A DNA stretch of 64,000 nt from Carcharhinus longimanus (taxonomy: Eukaryota), in NCBI GenBank assembly GCA_030264375.1, contig JASCQW010000132.1:138363010-138427009 (forward strand), in the 5' to 3' direction. Positions 51,265 through 64,000 of the stretch are shown piece by piece. The notes beneath the pieces were generated by a model that saw only the letters and a list, made by a program, of their open reading frames with translations, had not been told where the DNA came from and made no database searches. How positions within the stretch are numbered: position 1 is the stretch's first letter; every line of letters begins with the position of its first letter. A program made the translations under genes and the position numbers.

Positions 51265-51792
51265 AAGAGTGACATTGTAGTGACATTGGAGGCAGTTCAG
51301 CGAAGGTTCACCAGATTGATTCCAGAGATGAGGGGTTTGTCTTATGAAGTGAAATTGGGCAGTTTAGGCCTGTATTCTCTGGAGTTTAGACGAATGAGAG
51401 GAATTCTGATTGAGTTATATAAGATGCTGAAGGGGATTGACAGGGTAGACATGGAAAGAGTATTTCCTCTTGTGGGTGCAATTCAGAACAAGAGGTCATA
51501 GTTTTAGGATAAGGGATAGCAGAGTTAAAACTGAGATGAGGGAAGTTACTTCTCTCAAAGAGTCGTGAGTGTATGAAATTAACTACCCCAGAGCATGATG
51601 GATGCCGGGACGTTAAATAAATTTAAGGAGGAGATGGACAGAGTTTTAATTTGTAAGGGTTTGGAGGGTTGTGAACAATAGGCAGGAAAGTGGAGTTAAG
51701 GCTGAGACAAGATCAGCCGTGATCATAGTGAATGTCAGAGCAGGCTTGAGGAGCTGAAATGCCTATTCTTGCTCTTAGTTATGTTCTTATGT
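51265..51792 (+). mobile_element. CR1 LINE 3' end
   Basis: LEAVQRRFTRLIPEMRGLSYE..LGLYSLEFRRMRG; TTATGTTCTTATGT tail. Confidence 0.9.
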
Positions 51793-52589
51793 GGTGTATC
51801 CTATCATTTTTCAAGGACTCTGAGCCTATGCCAAGAATCAGTGTTGCATGCTGATGTCAGTGTGCTGACGTCTGGTGTCAGAACATCCCACCCCCACCTG
51901 CCTCCAGGCATCAGTCACAATCTTCTTACTGAAAAGGCGAGGGAGCATGGCTGAAATATACAGCAAAGGGAGAGAACAGGATGGGTATCAAGAGAAGTTT
52001 GAATAGCAGTTGTCAGAGTGGATGGCAGTGAAAGAGGCAGTGAAAAGAGTGAAAATGGGAATTGTTGGAGCAAAAGAAGAGGGAAGGTAAAAGTGAAAGA
52101 GGGAGGAAAGATGACAGAGTAAAGAGATAGCAATAGAAGGAAAAGAAGTAATAATGAATGAAAGAACGTCAGGGCATAATAACACNNNNNNNNNNNNNNN
52201 NNNNNNNNNNNNNNNNNNNNNNNNNNNNNNNNNNNNNNNNNNNNNNNNNNNNNNNNNNNNNNNNNNNNNNNNNNNNNNNNNNNNNCATGCAAGCACGTCC
52301 GGAACAGAAGTCATGAATGAGACCATCATGGAAAAAGAGAAACGAAAGAGTGGTGGAGAGGAAGGAGGCATTCACTGAGTGGATTTGGGCAAGAAAGTGC
52401 CAACATTAAATTGCAGAGAAGTTTGGAGAAGGAGAGGTTTTTGGTTTTGGTGGAAGAATAAATAAAAATTACCAGATTAACTCAGTTGGTGGGAGAGCAG
52501 ATTATCAAATTGAATTTATGATGAAGAGTGAAGAATTAACTGAGAGGGTTGGAGAAGAAGACTTCCTCTGAGAAAGAGTGGGAGGATAG

Positions 52590-53340
52590 AGAATGCAGTG
52601 CAGAACTGTACTGAGCGCCAGGCAATTACTATTCCCAACAAGAGGGAAGTAACATTTGCCACGTTCATTGGCATTGCCATCGCTGAATCCTCTATTATCA
52701 ACATCCTGGCAGTTAGTGTTGACCAGAAACTAAACTGGACTGGCCTTATAAACACTATCTACTAAAGCAGTTCAGAGACTAAGAATTCTGCAGTGAGTAT
52801 TTCACCTCTTAGCGCCCCAAAGCCTATCCATCACCTACGAAGTATAGGTGAGTTGTGTGATGTAATACCTTTCACTTGCCTGGATGAGTGTAGCTCAAGA
52901 AGCTTGACACCGTTCGGGATACAGCAGTTTGCTTGACGGGCACCCCATCAAAAAAACATTCACTCCCTCCACCACTATGCACAGCAGCAGCAGTGTGCAC
53001 CATTTACACAATGTACTGCAGGAACTCACCAAGGCTCCTCTGATAGCACCTTGATCACTACCATATAGATGGACAGGGGCACGAGACACATGGGAACACC
53101 AGCACTTGGAAGTTTCCCTCCAAGTCACGCACCATTCTGACTTAGAAATATATCACCGATCCTTCACTGTCGCTGGGTTAAAATACTGGAACTCCCTCCC
53201 TAACAGCAGTGTGGATGTAACTACACCACACAGACTGTAGCAGTTCAAGAAAGCAGCTCACCATTACCTTCTTTAGGATAATTAACAATGGGCAATAAAC
53301 TCTGGCAAAGCCAGTGATACCTGCATCCTGTGAATTTTTT
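52590..53340 (+). mobile_element. CR1-group LINE 3' remnant, same family as 17165-17790
   Basis: GACCAGAAACTAAACTGGAC...CACTTGCCTGGATGAGTG...GGGCAATAAA. Confidence 0.75.
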
Positions 53341-54239
53341 GTTTTAAGTTCTTTTGTAAATTAAGATAGAGAGATGGGGGCTGCTTGGATCTGGGAGTGT
53401 AACATTTGATGAGTGATGACCTAGATGGGGGTGTTAAAAATGGAAATGTTAGTTCTCTTTTTAAAACAAGAATGTTAATTTTTCCAGAGCAGCATAATCA
53501 CAGACCCTCCAACCTGTAGAAATACATGGCCAATATGACACCTGCAGCATCAGGATTTCCCCCTCTGACTTTCATGCACATAAATTTTTGTTTCCTTCAA
53601 ATTGAGTGAGAGAATATGATGCACATGTATTGGTCAAGTTTAATAACTCATATGACTTTTTGTTTTCAAGCATCAGGGCTGTTGTTGAATTGTCAACTTA
53701 TTGGGTGCTATGTCAAGTGTTTTTGAAACTAGTTTTCCACTTTGGTGTATGTGACAACATTAATGTATAATACGGAAGTTAATCAACCCTTTCTGTACTA
53801 TGATATTTTGAAATTTCAAAGTATAATCAACAGTTCCACCCCGCTGTGCTTTGTAGGAATTTCTAATGATGCAAATGATGATGTAGCAGAATAATAGAGC
53901 ATATCTGATAATTCTCTTTTTCATAAATGGATTTATTATTGTCAGTTTGTTCAATTATTGTTTCTTACGCGCTATACAGAAAAAATACCGTTCATAGAGA
54001 AGGAGAGAGTGCAGAATGTGGTGTGTCAGTCATAGCTAGGGTGTAGAGAAAGATCAACTTAAGGTAAGTTCAGTCCATTCAAAAGTCTGATGGCAACAGG
54101 GAAGAAGCTGTTCTTGAGTTGGTTGGTATGTGACCTCAGACTTTTGTATCTTTTTCCCGTTGAAAGAAGGTGGAAGAGAGAATGTCTGGAGTGCGTGGGG
54201 TCCTTAATTATTTTTAATAATGCTTTAATTATTATAATA

Positions 54240-55045
54240 TAGTGCTGTTTGTGACCTCAGAATGCCCGGCATACTTTACAGCTATTGAAGTTCTTTTGAA
54301 GAGTAGTCACTGTTGCAGTGTAGGAAATGTTGCAGCCAAGTTATGCACAGCATGTGCAGAGGCATTCCTCAGAAACACAAAATGAATTGCCACCATTTAT
54401 GTAATATTCAATAAATGGTAATACAGTTCCCCGTTCAGTGATCCAAACAACAATCCCAGCCTGTAATTCCAGCAAGGTGCCATTTCTGCAAGCATGTTTG
54501 ACCTAATCTCACCAGATATACCTTCACTAATCCTAAACCCAACCCCTCTGAGAAATGGGGATATCTGAATTCCTGATGTAGGGATTCTTCATTCCTGGCC
54601 TCGTGCTAATGTATAGTGCGTTTATACACCTGTAGCTGTTGTTAACAATCCCTGGATGCCCCAAAGTGCTGAACCTAGCCAGTGTTGATGTGTAATCACT
54701 GATGTAAAACAGAAATGGGGCAACCAGTGATGCACAGCAAGCTCCCACAAAACATAATATGATAGTGAGCCTAATAAGCTGCTTTTATTTGATGTTGGTT
54801 GAAAGATAAATGTTAGCCAGAATACTAGACTTAACTCTTCTTCAAAATGGTGCTTTGCGATCTTTTATGTCTTTCTGAAAGGGAGCCTCAGTTTAATGTC
54901 TTGTCCGAAAGATGACACTTTGATAATGGATAATGGACGCCATGGATACTGAACTGGGATGTTAGCCCAGATTCTGTGCAGGCCTCTGGAGCAGGACTTG
55001 AATCCACAATCTTTGACTCTGAGGAGTTGCCCACTGGGTCTGGGC
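54240..55045 (-). mobile_element. DeuSINE/AmnSINE-like old SINE, interrupted at ~54360-54725
   Basis: Tail at 54240-54355 and core/head at 54730-55045 align with 60655-61103. Confidence 0.6.
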
Positions 55046-55239
55046 CTGACACCTTTCTTTGGTGGAGCCTTCATCCTCAGTAGGCTGGCTACTCTGACTT
55101 GGGCTCGGATCAGGCGTTTTTGTGTCCCTACCTAATTTCTGGCCCTTCTGGTGTGCTCCTACCCAAATCTTGCAGGAGTGTACAGGGAACGTCACAGGTT
55201 CACAGTCCCAATTGCAGTAAAATTAGACAGTTTTTAAAA

Positions 55240-55573
55240 ATTCTTTCTTGGATGCGGGCATTGCTGACTGAGCCAACATTTATTACCCATCCCTAATTGC
55301 CCTTGAGGGACATTTATGAGTCAGCTTTTTAATCTGGGCTCACATGTAGGCCAGACTAGATCAGGATAGCAGATTTCCTTACCTAAAAGACATTAGTGAA
55401 GCAGATGGGGTTTTACAACAATGGACAGTGGTTTCATGGTCATCGTTAGACATCATTAGACTTTTCGTTCCAGATTTTTATTCAATTCAAGTTTCACCTT
55501 TGCCATGGTGGGATTCGAACCAGGGCCTCTGGAATATTAGTCCAGTGAAAATACCACTATGCCACTGCCTCCC
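55240..55573 (-). mobile_element. Second tRNA-derived SINE family copy
   Basis: Reverse-complement similarity to 45657-46018; partial copies at ~34200-34362 and ~18175-18330. Confidence 0.75.
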
Positions 55574-55874
55574 TCTTTACTAAATCAAAAAATATTCACT
55601 CTTTAGAATGCCCTGGGTGTCCCTGTTTATGGCCAGGTGGCATTTGTAAAGAAAAGGTCTTGCATTTATCTTGGACCTTTCTTGTCCTCCTGCTGTACCA
55701 AAGTGCAAAGCAGCCAATGAGCACTTTTGAAATGCAGTCACTGTTGGTATTATGTGTCAATGTTTAATATCATAGGAATTAGGAGTGAAATTAGGCAATT
55801 CAGCCTTTTAAGCCTGCTCTGCCATTTAACATGTTTATAGCTGATCTTATCCTGGTCTCAACTCCACTTTCCTG

Positions 55875-56318
55875 TAAAGTTTATTTATTGGTCACAGGTA
55901 AAGCTCACATTAACACTGCGATGAAGTTACTGTGAAATTCCCCTAGTTGCCACACTCTGGCATCTGTTCGGGTCAATGCACTCTAACCAGCACATCTTTC
56001 AGAATGTAGGAGGAAACTGGAGCATCTGGAGGAAACCCACGCAAACATGGGGAAAACGTGCAAACTCCACACAGACAGTGACCCAAGCCAGGAATCAAAC
56101 CCGGGTCCCTGGCGCTGTGAGGCAGCAGTGCNNNNNNNNNNNNNNNNNNNNNNNNNNNNNNNNNNNNNNNNNNNNNNNNNNNNNNNNNNNNNNNNNNNNN
56201 NNNNNNNNNNNNNNNNNNNNNNNNNNNNNNNACAGACAGTGACCCAAGCCAGGAATCAAACCCGGGTCCCTGGCGCTGTGAGGCAGCAGTGCTAACCACT
56301 GTGCCACCGTGCTGCCCC
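55875..56318 (-). mobile_element. HE1/V-SINE-type SINE (alternative tail), spanning an N-gap
   Basis: Head, core and tail present; ~60 bp duplicated across the gap. Confidence 0.88.
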
Positions 56319-59114
56319 TCCTGCTGCCTGGTCCCCATTGCCCTTTATCCCGCTTTTCATCAGAAACATATCTATTTATCTATTAAACTCCACACTCTGC
56401 TATGAAATCTTTTACCAGGGAGGGTAGAGAAGGCCTTGGCTACTTGTCTTATCGAGAGATGACTTTTTCAAGAGTATTGTTGCATTGATGCATCAGTTTA
56501 GATTTTATGCTCCAAATATCGGGAGTGGGGGTTTGAACCCCCAACAGTTTTATCTCCGAGTTGAGAGTGCGATCTGCTGAGCCACAGCTGGCAGTCAGCA
56601 TTTACATTTGAAAAGGTTAATGTAATTTGTTCTCGCCTTTCACCTGAATATTAGCCGGGATAAGTGTGACTGCAACTTGTCATTAACCAGAGAGCACACA
56701 TTTAAATGAATCGGTAACACTGACAAAGCCAATGATCGAAGTGCCAGATGGCAAGCTGCTACGTTGCCTCTGTTTTTTGTTAGATACAAGCCAGGACCAT
56801 AACCCTATTAGCACTGTGGTCACGTGGCTGCTATTTCACCTCAAGGAAAAGAAAATCCGCAGTTGTGCTGTCAGAGCTGGAGGCCAAGATGTGAAATGAA
56901 GATTTCATGAAAGCAGCTGGTGCTGCGGAAAGCAGGGCTGGGTATGCTGTCACTGTCAAGACCATATGGTTCTTGTTGCCAAGGTTTTAACGTTTCCTGC
57001 TTTTGTAGTGATTTCTGACTGACCTGCTGAAGAAAGTCTTTTGTAAAGATAAGATCTGGATTTTTTTTATCCACTATATGTTATGTACATTATGAAAACA
57101 AAATTATTATTAAGCACTTAGGATGATTTTTTTTTAATTGGAAGCCTGCAATTCCCTTTACCCACTTTCTGTAAACATGAAATATTGTGGCTTGCAGTCT
57201 ATGCCTCCTGACTGTCTCATAGTCTGTGTTAATATCAGAATATGAAAGGTTTGTGTAGTAACTGCCATGCTCAACAACTACTCGGCAGGTGAAAGTAACA
57301 AAATTGTTTATGCAAATTAAACTTCGTACGAAGCAGGGCGATGAAAACCACCTTCCTCCACGGGGGTCAAACCGCCAATGCTCAACTGCTTTTAGCAGGG
57401 AGGCTAGAGAAGGTGCTGCAGAAGCTTGGACTTGCGCTGCACTGCTGCAGAGTGCGAGCTTGGACCCGCGCTTCACCATCTCAGAGCGTGAGCTTGGATG
57501 CCTGACTAGATTTTCTATATCCTTACCAATGCCTGGTCACCAAATACGATGATTGGTAGTTGAGTAGACTGGGGCTGATAAATCACTGGCGCAGATGTAG
57601 GTCCAACATTTTTAGCTGCTGTAGCTGTTGGACTACTTAGCTTTAGGGGTTGAACTTTGCTTTGAAGGTATTTAAATGCCTGCTCCCTTACGATGGTAAC
57701 AGAAGCACACTTCCGTGCTTTGTGGCTACCCGTTTAGCAAGGGTACTATTACAATAGGATCGGATTTACTCCTATTGACATTATTCAATTGATGCACCTT
57801 AGATTCCTCTTCTGAACCATGTCTTGGTCTTTTTTTTGTTTAAGCCTGGTGCATTTTGTTTGGCTTGGTACGTAATTTGGATGTGACTTTTTCAGTTGCA
57901 GCCAGATAGATTAAATCCCAGAATTTATATTTTCCTGGGGTGATCTCCCCCATACCTATAATGTTCATCAAAATTTCTGGGTTGTTGACCCTTTTTTTTC
58001 CTCTTCTGCCGCCTGCCTTGCTCAGCGAATTTCTGCTCTTGTCTCTTCTGCACATTCAACTGTGCCCTTCTGACTTGTAATGGATTTGCGCCATAGCTGA
58101 TGCACCTCACCTGTATGCACTCACTGTAACTCAAGAGCACCTCTCTCCACACTCTCAGTTGCCTAAGCTATTTCCCTGGCTTTCTCCAAGGAAATCTTAT
58201 CCTCTGCCAGCAGCCCTTTCTGTATGTTTATTATTTATGCCGCAAACTAATCTCTCTCGCAGCGTATACTTAGCGCTGGTCCAAATTCACATGCCTCTGC
58301 AATTTTCTTAGCCCTGCCGTGTATGTTGCAATTATCTCCCTTGGGTCCCCTACAGCAGACTTAAACTTAAAACACTGCATGCTGATAGATGGTCTGGGGT
58401 TAATAATGATCCTTTAGCAATGTTGCAAGCTAATCAAAACTACCCAGAGCTACTGGGGATGTTAAATTTCCAATGAGATTATAAGTCTGTGGTCCACATA
58501 CTGCCAGAAGAATGACTTTTCACACATCCTCTCTACTATTTATTTATCGCTAATGACATTATGGGAGTCTTTCAATATAATGAACGCAGTATTCAGCCTC
58601 TGGGTCAAAAGGATCAATTTTCCCAAAATGTGCATTATTTTTACTTACTGTTGCTGCAAAGATTTCTATTTTAAAAACTTTGAAGGCGACTGTAGTCCTG
58701 ATTTACCTCGTTGCCAGTATAATAATTGAATGGTCAACAACACATGGTGAAAGTAACAAAATTGTTTATTCAAATTAAAACCACCTCATTCCTTGACACC
58801 TGAGGGGTTGACTGCCAACACTCTACCGCCCCTCTCCAACCACTGCTCTGCAAGCTTGGCCACTCTGCATGGTCTGCTGCCCTTTCACTGTTTGCTTATA
58901 GTGCTAAAGCACATTTTCCACGTGGATCCCCAGTGCAGTACCACTCCATGTGATTTGCCCTCCGCCCTTGGTGCTCACATTGATGACTCTCTCACTTTTA
59001 TGCAAGAGCCTCGTTTTATTATTGAAATGAGCAGTTTTCCCAGGGCTTATTTCACCCCCGTCACTGTAACTTTGGCGTAAACTCTGATTTTTGTGTGTAA
59101 GTGTGTGATTCCAA

Positions 59115-59581
59115 TTAGGTTATTTCTAAAACAAAACAGAAAATGCTGGTGTAATGATTTTAATCAGGCAATTGAGGTGGACCTGTTTATATGAACTCCC
59201 TGATTGAGGGCCCTAAAAGTTAATTTGATTATGTTTATTTGGCTGGCATCAAAAGATGTCCCTGATTAAGGGCCAAATTGATGGGCCAATCAAAGAATCT
59301 CATGCTTTGTATTCAACCGGGAGTGTCAGTTCCTCTGGGATTCCTAGTGTAGACTGCGAATTGAAAGCACTCTGTATGCTGTAGTCAGACTTGTAAATAA
59401 AGAGATTTTGGTGAAGGGACTTCTGCCTCCGAGAACTTATTACAGCTGGAAAATCTCAGCAGGTCTGACGGTATCTGTGGGGAGAGAATAGAGCCAGTGT
59501 TTCAAGTTTGGATGACCCTTCGTCAGAGCTGACTTGGAAACTGCATCTGCAGTATATTGCTTTTATCTTAGGTTATTTCTA
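59115..59581 (-). mobile_element. Short Penelope-type element (family B, hammerhead-like motif) hosting the solo LTR
   Basis: 14-bp TSD TTAGGTTATTTCTA 59115-59128 / 59568-59581; homologous to 25501-25638; CTGACGA...GAAA motif on the - strand at 59492-59530. Confidence 0.75.
59150..59444 (+). mobile_element. Solo LTR (295 bp)
   Basis: TGTAAT...ATTACA termini; perfect 5-bp TSD GCTGG (59145-59149 / 59445-59449); AATAAA 59396-59401. Confidence 0.9.
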
Positions 59582-59772
59582 TGCCCCTCCCAATTTTTCC
59601 AAAGCCCCCTCTAGACTTTGCGTGCTCTTCAACATCATCAGTAAAACCTCTACGTGCACCAGGGCTCTGGTTTTGCCTCTGTGAAGCACTTTAGGAAAGA
59701 GCAAAATAATGTGCCTCTATAAAGCACCCTTCTTGACCTCAGGATCGTCTAAGTATTTCACAGCCACGTAAA

Positions 59773-60088
59773 TCATACACTGCAGAAGGAGACCATTCGG
59801 CCCATCAAGCCTGCACCGACCACAATCCCACCCAGGCCCTATCCCCATAAACCCATGCATTTACCCTAGCTAGTCCCCCTGACACTAAGGGGCAATTTAG
59901 CATGGCCAATCCACCTAAACTGCACAACTTTGGAATGTGGGAGGAAACCGGAGCACCCGGAGGAAACCCACGCAGACATGGAGTGAACGTGCAAACTCCA
60001 CACAGTCAATGACCCAAGCCGGAAATTGAACTCGGGTCCCCGGCGCTGTGAGGCAGCAGTGCTAACCACTGTGCCACCGTGCCACCCC
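59773..60088 (-). mobile_element. HE1/V-SINE-type SINE with CR1-type tail, young full-length copy
   Basis: CpG-retaining complete copy. Confidence 0.9.
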
Positions 60089-60654
60089 ACTCGTATATCG
60101 TTGGGAAAAGTTGTAAAAGCGTTAGATAAATGTTAATTATTGCTGAGACTGACCTTTAAACTATCTCAACAAAATGCCAGCATTAACTCTGAATGTCTTA
60201 GAAAGTTCTGCGTGATTCAGAGTTGTTGTGAGAATGGTAAATGATTGGTGACAGTATTGTTGTGTTTTATCCAATTTATCAGCAGGTGAAAGTTAATATT
60301 TTGAGTAGATTCAATCATTAATGATTCTACCTGAAATGTTAACCCAATGCTGATTGACTTATTGTGCATGTCTAAAATTCTTTGTTTACTTTTAGAATTC
60401 TCCCATTAGTGACATTTATCTGTGAATCTGTTTGCTGAAGCTGATTGTATTTCCTATAAAGTGGATGGTTTGGGCCAGGGTCACCATGATAACAAAGGAT
60501 TTGTGCAATCCTGTATTTGTTTTGGATTGCCACTTGTGTGCATGTTTTGCACATTATCAGTCTGTACATATAGTGCTGTCACCCTGCTGGGACCTGGCCT
60601 GCCACCCGAATCTGGCAATTGACTATTCTCACCAGGAAAGACTTTGCTGAAAAG

Positions 60655-61103
60655 AAAAACTTGCATTTATATAGCGTATTTCACAACCATGAAGCATCTC
60701 AGAGCAACTGCAGACAATCAAGTACTCTTTAAAGTATAGTCACTGTTGTAATGTGGGAAAGTCAGCAGTTAACTAGTGCTTCGCAAACTCCTGAAAGTAC
60801 GGTTAGGTAATGACCAGATTATCTACTCTTCTGATGTTGATTCAGGGATGAATGTTGGCTAGGACATGGACATAACTCACCTGCTCTTTCATAGTGCTGT
60901 GGAATATTTCACATTTACCTGAACTAACAAATTGGGCTTTAGTTTATCATCTCAGCCAAAAAACAGCACCTCTGACAATGCAGCATTCTCCCAGCACTGT
61001 GCTTGAGTGTCTCACACTTGATTCTTGTGTTCAAGCCCTGCAGTTGTCATAGAACACCAGTGATTCAGAGGCGAGTGTGCTACCAACTGAGCCACAGCTG
61101 GCA
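60655..61103 (-). mobile_element. DeuSINE/AmnSINE-like old SINE, near full length
   Basis: ACAGCACCTCTGACAATGCAGCATTC core; head CAGAGGCGAGTGTGCTACCAACTGAGCCACAGCTG. Confidence 0.7.
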
Positions 61104-63599
61104 CTAATGCTAAAGAAGTAGCAGTATCAGTTGTTATGGAGTAAATCAGGAAGTAACTTCTGGCGACTGTACATGCGTTGTTTAACGTGGAAATCAGGAA
61201 GCTGCTGTTCAGTTTTCCTGCTCCTCCAGCCATTGTATTGGTATTTCACCAAGAGACTTTGCATTGAAATACATAAAAGGACATGAAGTTTTTTTTATCC
61301 TTCTATGGGAGGTGGGCATCACTGGCAAGGCCAGTCTTTGTTGCCCATCCTTGATTGTCCTTGAGAAGTTGCATTATTTGTGCGTTAGATATCAACAAAG
61401 CTAGCCAGAAAAATGAAGGACTTTGTGCATTGTGGATTTTTAATGGCATGTTAAGCAATAATTGTAGAGATTTACAGCAAAGAGGCCCATCGTGTCTGTG
61501 CTGGCCATTCTAACCCCATTTTCCAGCAATTGATCCATAGCCTTGTTAGTTTTAGTTAGAGCTAACCAATTTCTCTGGCCCTGAAAATTAAACTTTTACA
61601 AGTGTGGAGTCTCGATGATTCATCTTTTAATTATTGTTAGAGATTTTCTTTTCAAAAAGCTTTTTACTTTTTTCCTCTGTCCCTTTCTCCTTCTGAATTC
61701 TACTTTTCTATTCCCTCTCTTTATTTTGCTTTCTGTACCTGATTTGATATTGAATTAAATATTTACGCTGACACATCCTGGTCAGATTTTACGGCGCTCA
61801 TTAACGATTCCTCCATCTGATTAAGTAAGGAGATTAACGCTTTCTTTCCCTGTTGGTGCAAGTCCCAGATTCACTGTCGAGGGGACTGCTCGGAAATGGC
61901 TCTCTTGATTTTCGATCAAGTTCCAGTCCAAATTCTGTGATCTGCCTCACTACTGAGAACAAAATCCTAGCCATTGCCTTGTTATTTTGCTCAATAACTC
62001 TGGAGTGTTTAATATGCCAAATGTGTCAACACTGCCCCGTTATCATATGCTTCACTGTTGCCTTGAGGGAATTCCTCAAAGTGTGTGCCCTCTCATCCGA
62101 AGCATTGAAAAACCTTAGAAAAAGGAGAATGTAATGGCCGTAGGCACACATAGATTATTAAGAGAAGGCATCATTGTTTTAAATAACTCATCTGTATTCA
62201 CATTTATCATTTGCCTCTATGGAAATGTCACAACTTATTCTTCTCACTAAAAAAATTAAAAAATATATTTTGTATATTGCCCAAAGGTCTGTGTATTGAG
62301 TAAACCACTGGTCAGCAAAGCTTTGCACGTCCGCTGTTTTGATGAATTAAAAGCAAAATATTGAATTAGCTCAAAGTGAATTTTATTATTGTGAGACAGA
62401 ATGGTTTGGAAAAATCAGAACAGTAACTCCATATTTTCTGATAGCTATTTGGTCATTGTTTAAATTTTGAAATGTGGCTCATAATGCTATAATAATGTTT
62501 AAAAATAAACAGTATTGGCACTCACAGGATTCCTGAGATGAGATCATTGGTAGCGATCATAACAAAAAAAAATGCTGTTTGTGAATTCATATTTTCACCC
62601 ATTGCGAGCAATCCTGTTTCAAATTCCTTTGTTCAAAATACAATGAGAGCCTGCAGGTGGAGAGCTTTGGTATTCCAAACAAGCACACTAGGAAGTGTCA
62701 GAACTGTAGCCCACCGTGATGATCCCTCGGTAATGGGCTCCCTGTTGTGGCAATGTTGCCAAAGGAGAAGCCATTTGGAAGCAAGGTGGTTTGTAACAAA
62801 TAGCTGAATAGGAGCATAGGCAGATGCTTGCTTTGTTTTGACTATTCTCGGTGGCCGTGCATGCACAGTAATCCGGAGCAGAGTAGAAAACAAAGAGGGG
62901 AATTTAAAAATTGAGGCATTGCTAAGCTTGGAGCCAGTGTAGGTCAGTGAGAACAGTGTGATGGGACTTGGTGTGAGTTAGGATAGGGCAGAAGAGTTTT
63001 GGATGATCAAAGGGAATGGGATAACTCTTTGAGGACAAAGGAAAATGAAGAAGAACCAAACAGTGGGACTACTTGAATTAAAACATGAAAGAAATGCTGA
63101 GGAAAATCCCAACAGTGCCTTGGGAAAAAAATTGAGTTAACGGCCAAAATTTTCCAGGACCCAATGTAAGTCCATTGACTCCCAGCAGGACAATCCTGGC
63201 TGGGTGGGAGCTGGAAAATCCTGCCCATGTTTCACGTTGGGTAACCTTTTTCAATTTGCAGCATCAGCAGTATTTTGCTTTTGGACTAAATTGAATTGTT
63301 CTTTGAAAGAGCTGGTGTAAACTCAAAGGACTGAATGGCCTCCTGTGTTGCTAAACTGTTCTGTATAATAGATTGTATGCATATATTGAGGGGCCCCTGC
63401 TGGCTGGTTTCCTTTCTGTCTTCAATTTAAAACTGTTGCCAGCCAGATCACAGCAGGGCAGCAGTGTATAATTCACCTGCTCAATTTGGATTTATGCTAG
63501 ACTAGGGTGGGGGTGTTAAAGTCAAAGGAATATTTACTAGTAAGGAGTATCATCGCACTTTTAAGAATGATCATTTTCACATTTGCTTAAAGTCTAAGA

Positions 63600-64000
63600 C
63601 AGCTTATCTCTTCCTGAATAACATCACCCAGTTTGCCCTCATCTGCCGCTGAAACCCTCATTCTTGTCTCTTGTTACCTCTAGAGTGGTCTATCACATTC
63701 TAAAATGTAAAGTCATCCAAAACTCTGCTGCCCCTCTCCTAACTTGCATTACACTTTGCTGTCCCACATTGGCTTCCAGTAAAGCAACATCTTGATTTGA
63801 ATAACCTCACCCTTGTTTTTGAATCACTCCATGGCTTCACCCCTTATCCCTTTCTCCCTCATCTCCTCCAGCCTTATATCCTGATGAGATTTTGTGCTTC
63901 CCAAATTCTGGCCTCTTAAGCATCTCCAATTTTAATCATTCATCTATTGGTGGCAGTGCCTTCAAATTGCCACGGTTTGAATTGCTCCCTGCACTCTACC
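63600..64000 (+). mobile_element. L2-like LINE remnant
   Basis: Decayed AAETLI...LDY...VIQNSAA..L...LHWLPV...F motifs of the L2 ORF2 C-terminus. Confidence 0.65.

Noticed and set aside
56072-56291. Apparent tandem SINE heads
   Set aside because: Identical ~60 bp on both sides of a 100-N gap is most likely an unmerged contig overlap.
60396-60480. Candidate next PIGN exon after TTTACTTTTAG
   Set aside because: The required frame hits TGA and shows no PIGN similarity.

Overview
Vertebrate genomic DNA, almost certainly a shark (cartilaginous fish), judged from the HE1/V-SINE-type, DeuSINE-type, CR1 and Penelope-type repeats. It is a draft assembly with N-gaps inside young repeats. Two genes lie head-to-head on a shared CpG-island promoter at about 11.3-12.2 kb. 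RELCH (KIAA1468) has coding exon 1 on the - strand (11335-11755) and its intron 1 runs off the left edge. PIGN (GPI ethanolamine-phosphate transferase 1) is on the + strand, with 11 consecutive coding exons that can be placed base-exactly (22070-51169; 1172 nt, 390 codons + 2 nt, all GT-AG, phases consistent). The next PIGN exon was not found in the window. The rest is intronic and repeat-rich: a fragmented L1, CR1/L2/Rex-type LINE pieces, a decayed Gypsy element with a tRNA-Ser primer binding site, a solo LTR, three SINE families and a tRNA-Thr(AGT) pseudogene. Several Penelope-type short elements carry minimal hammerhead-ribozyme motifs. I see no clearly new gene system. The best leads are the hammerhead-bearing elements, nested insertions with clean target-site duplications (TSDs), a tail-swapped SINE, a predicted spliced uORF in PIGN and a recursive-splice-like exon. 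Repeat boundaries are approximate and were read by eye; repeat family names come from recalled consensus features, not from a search.
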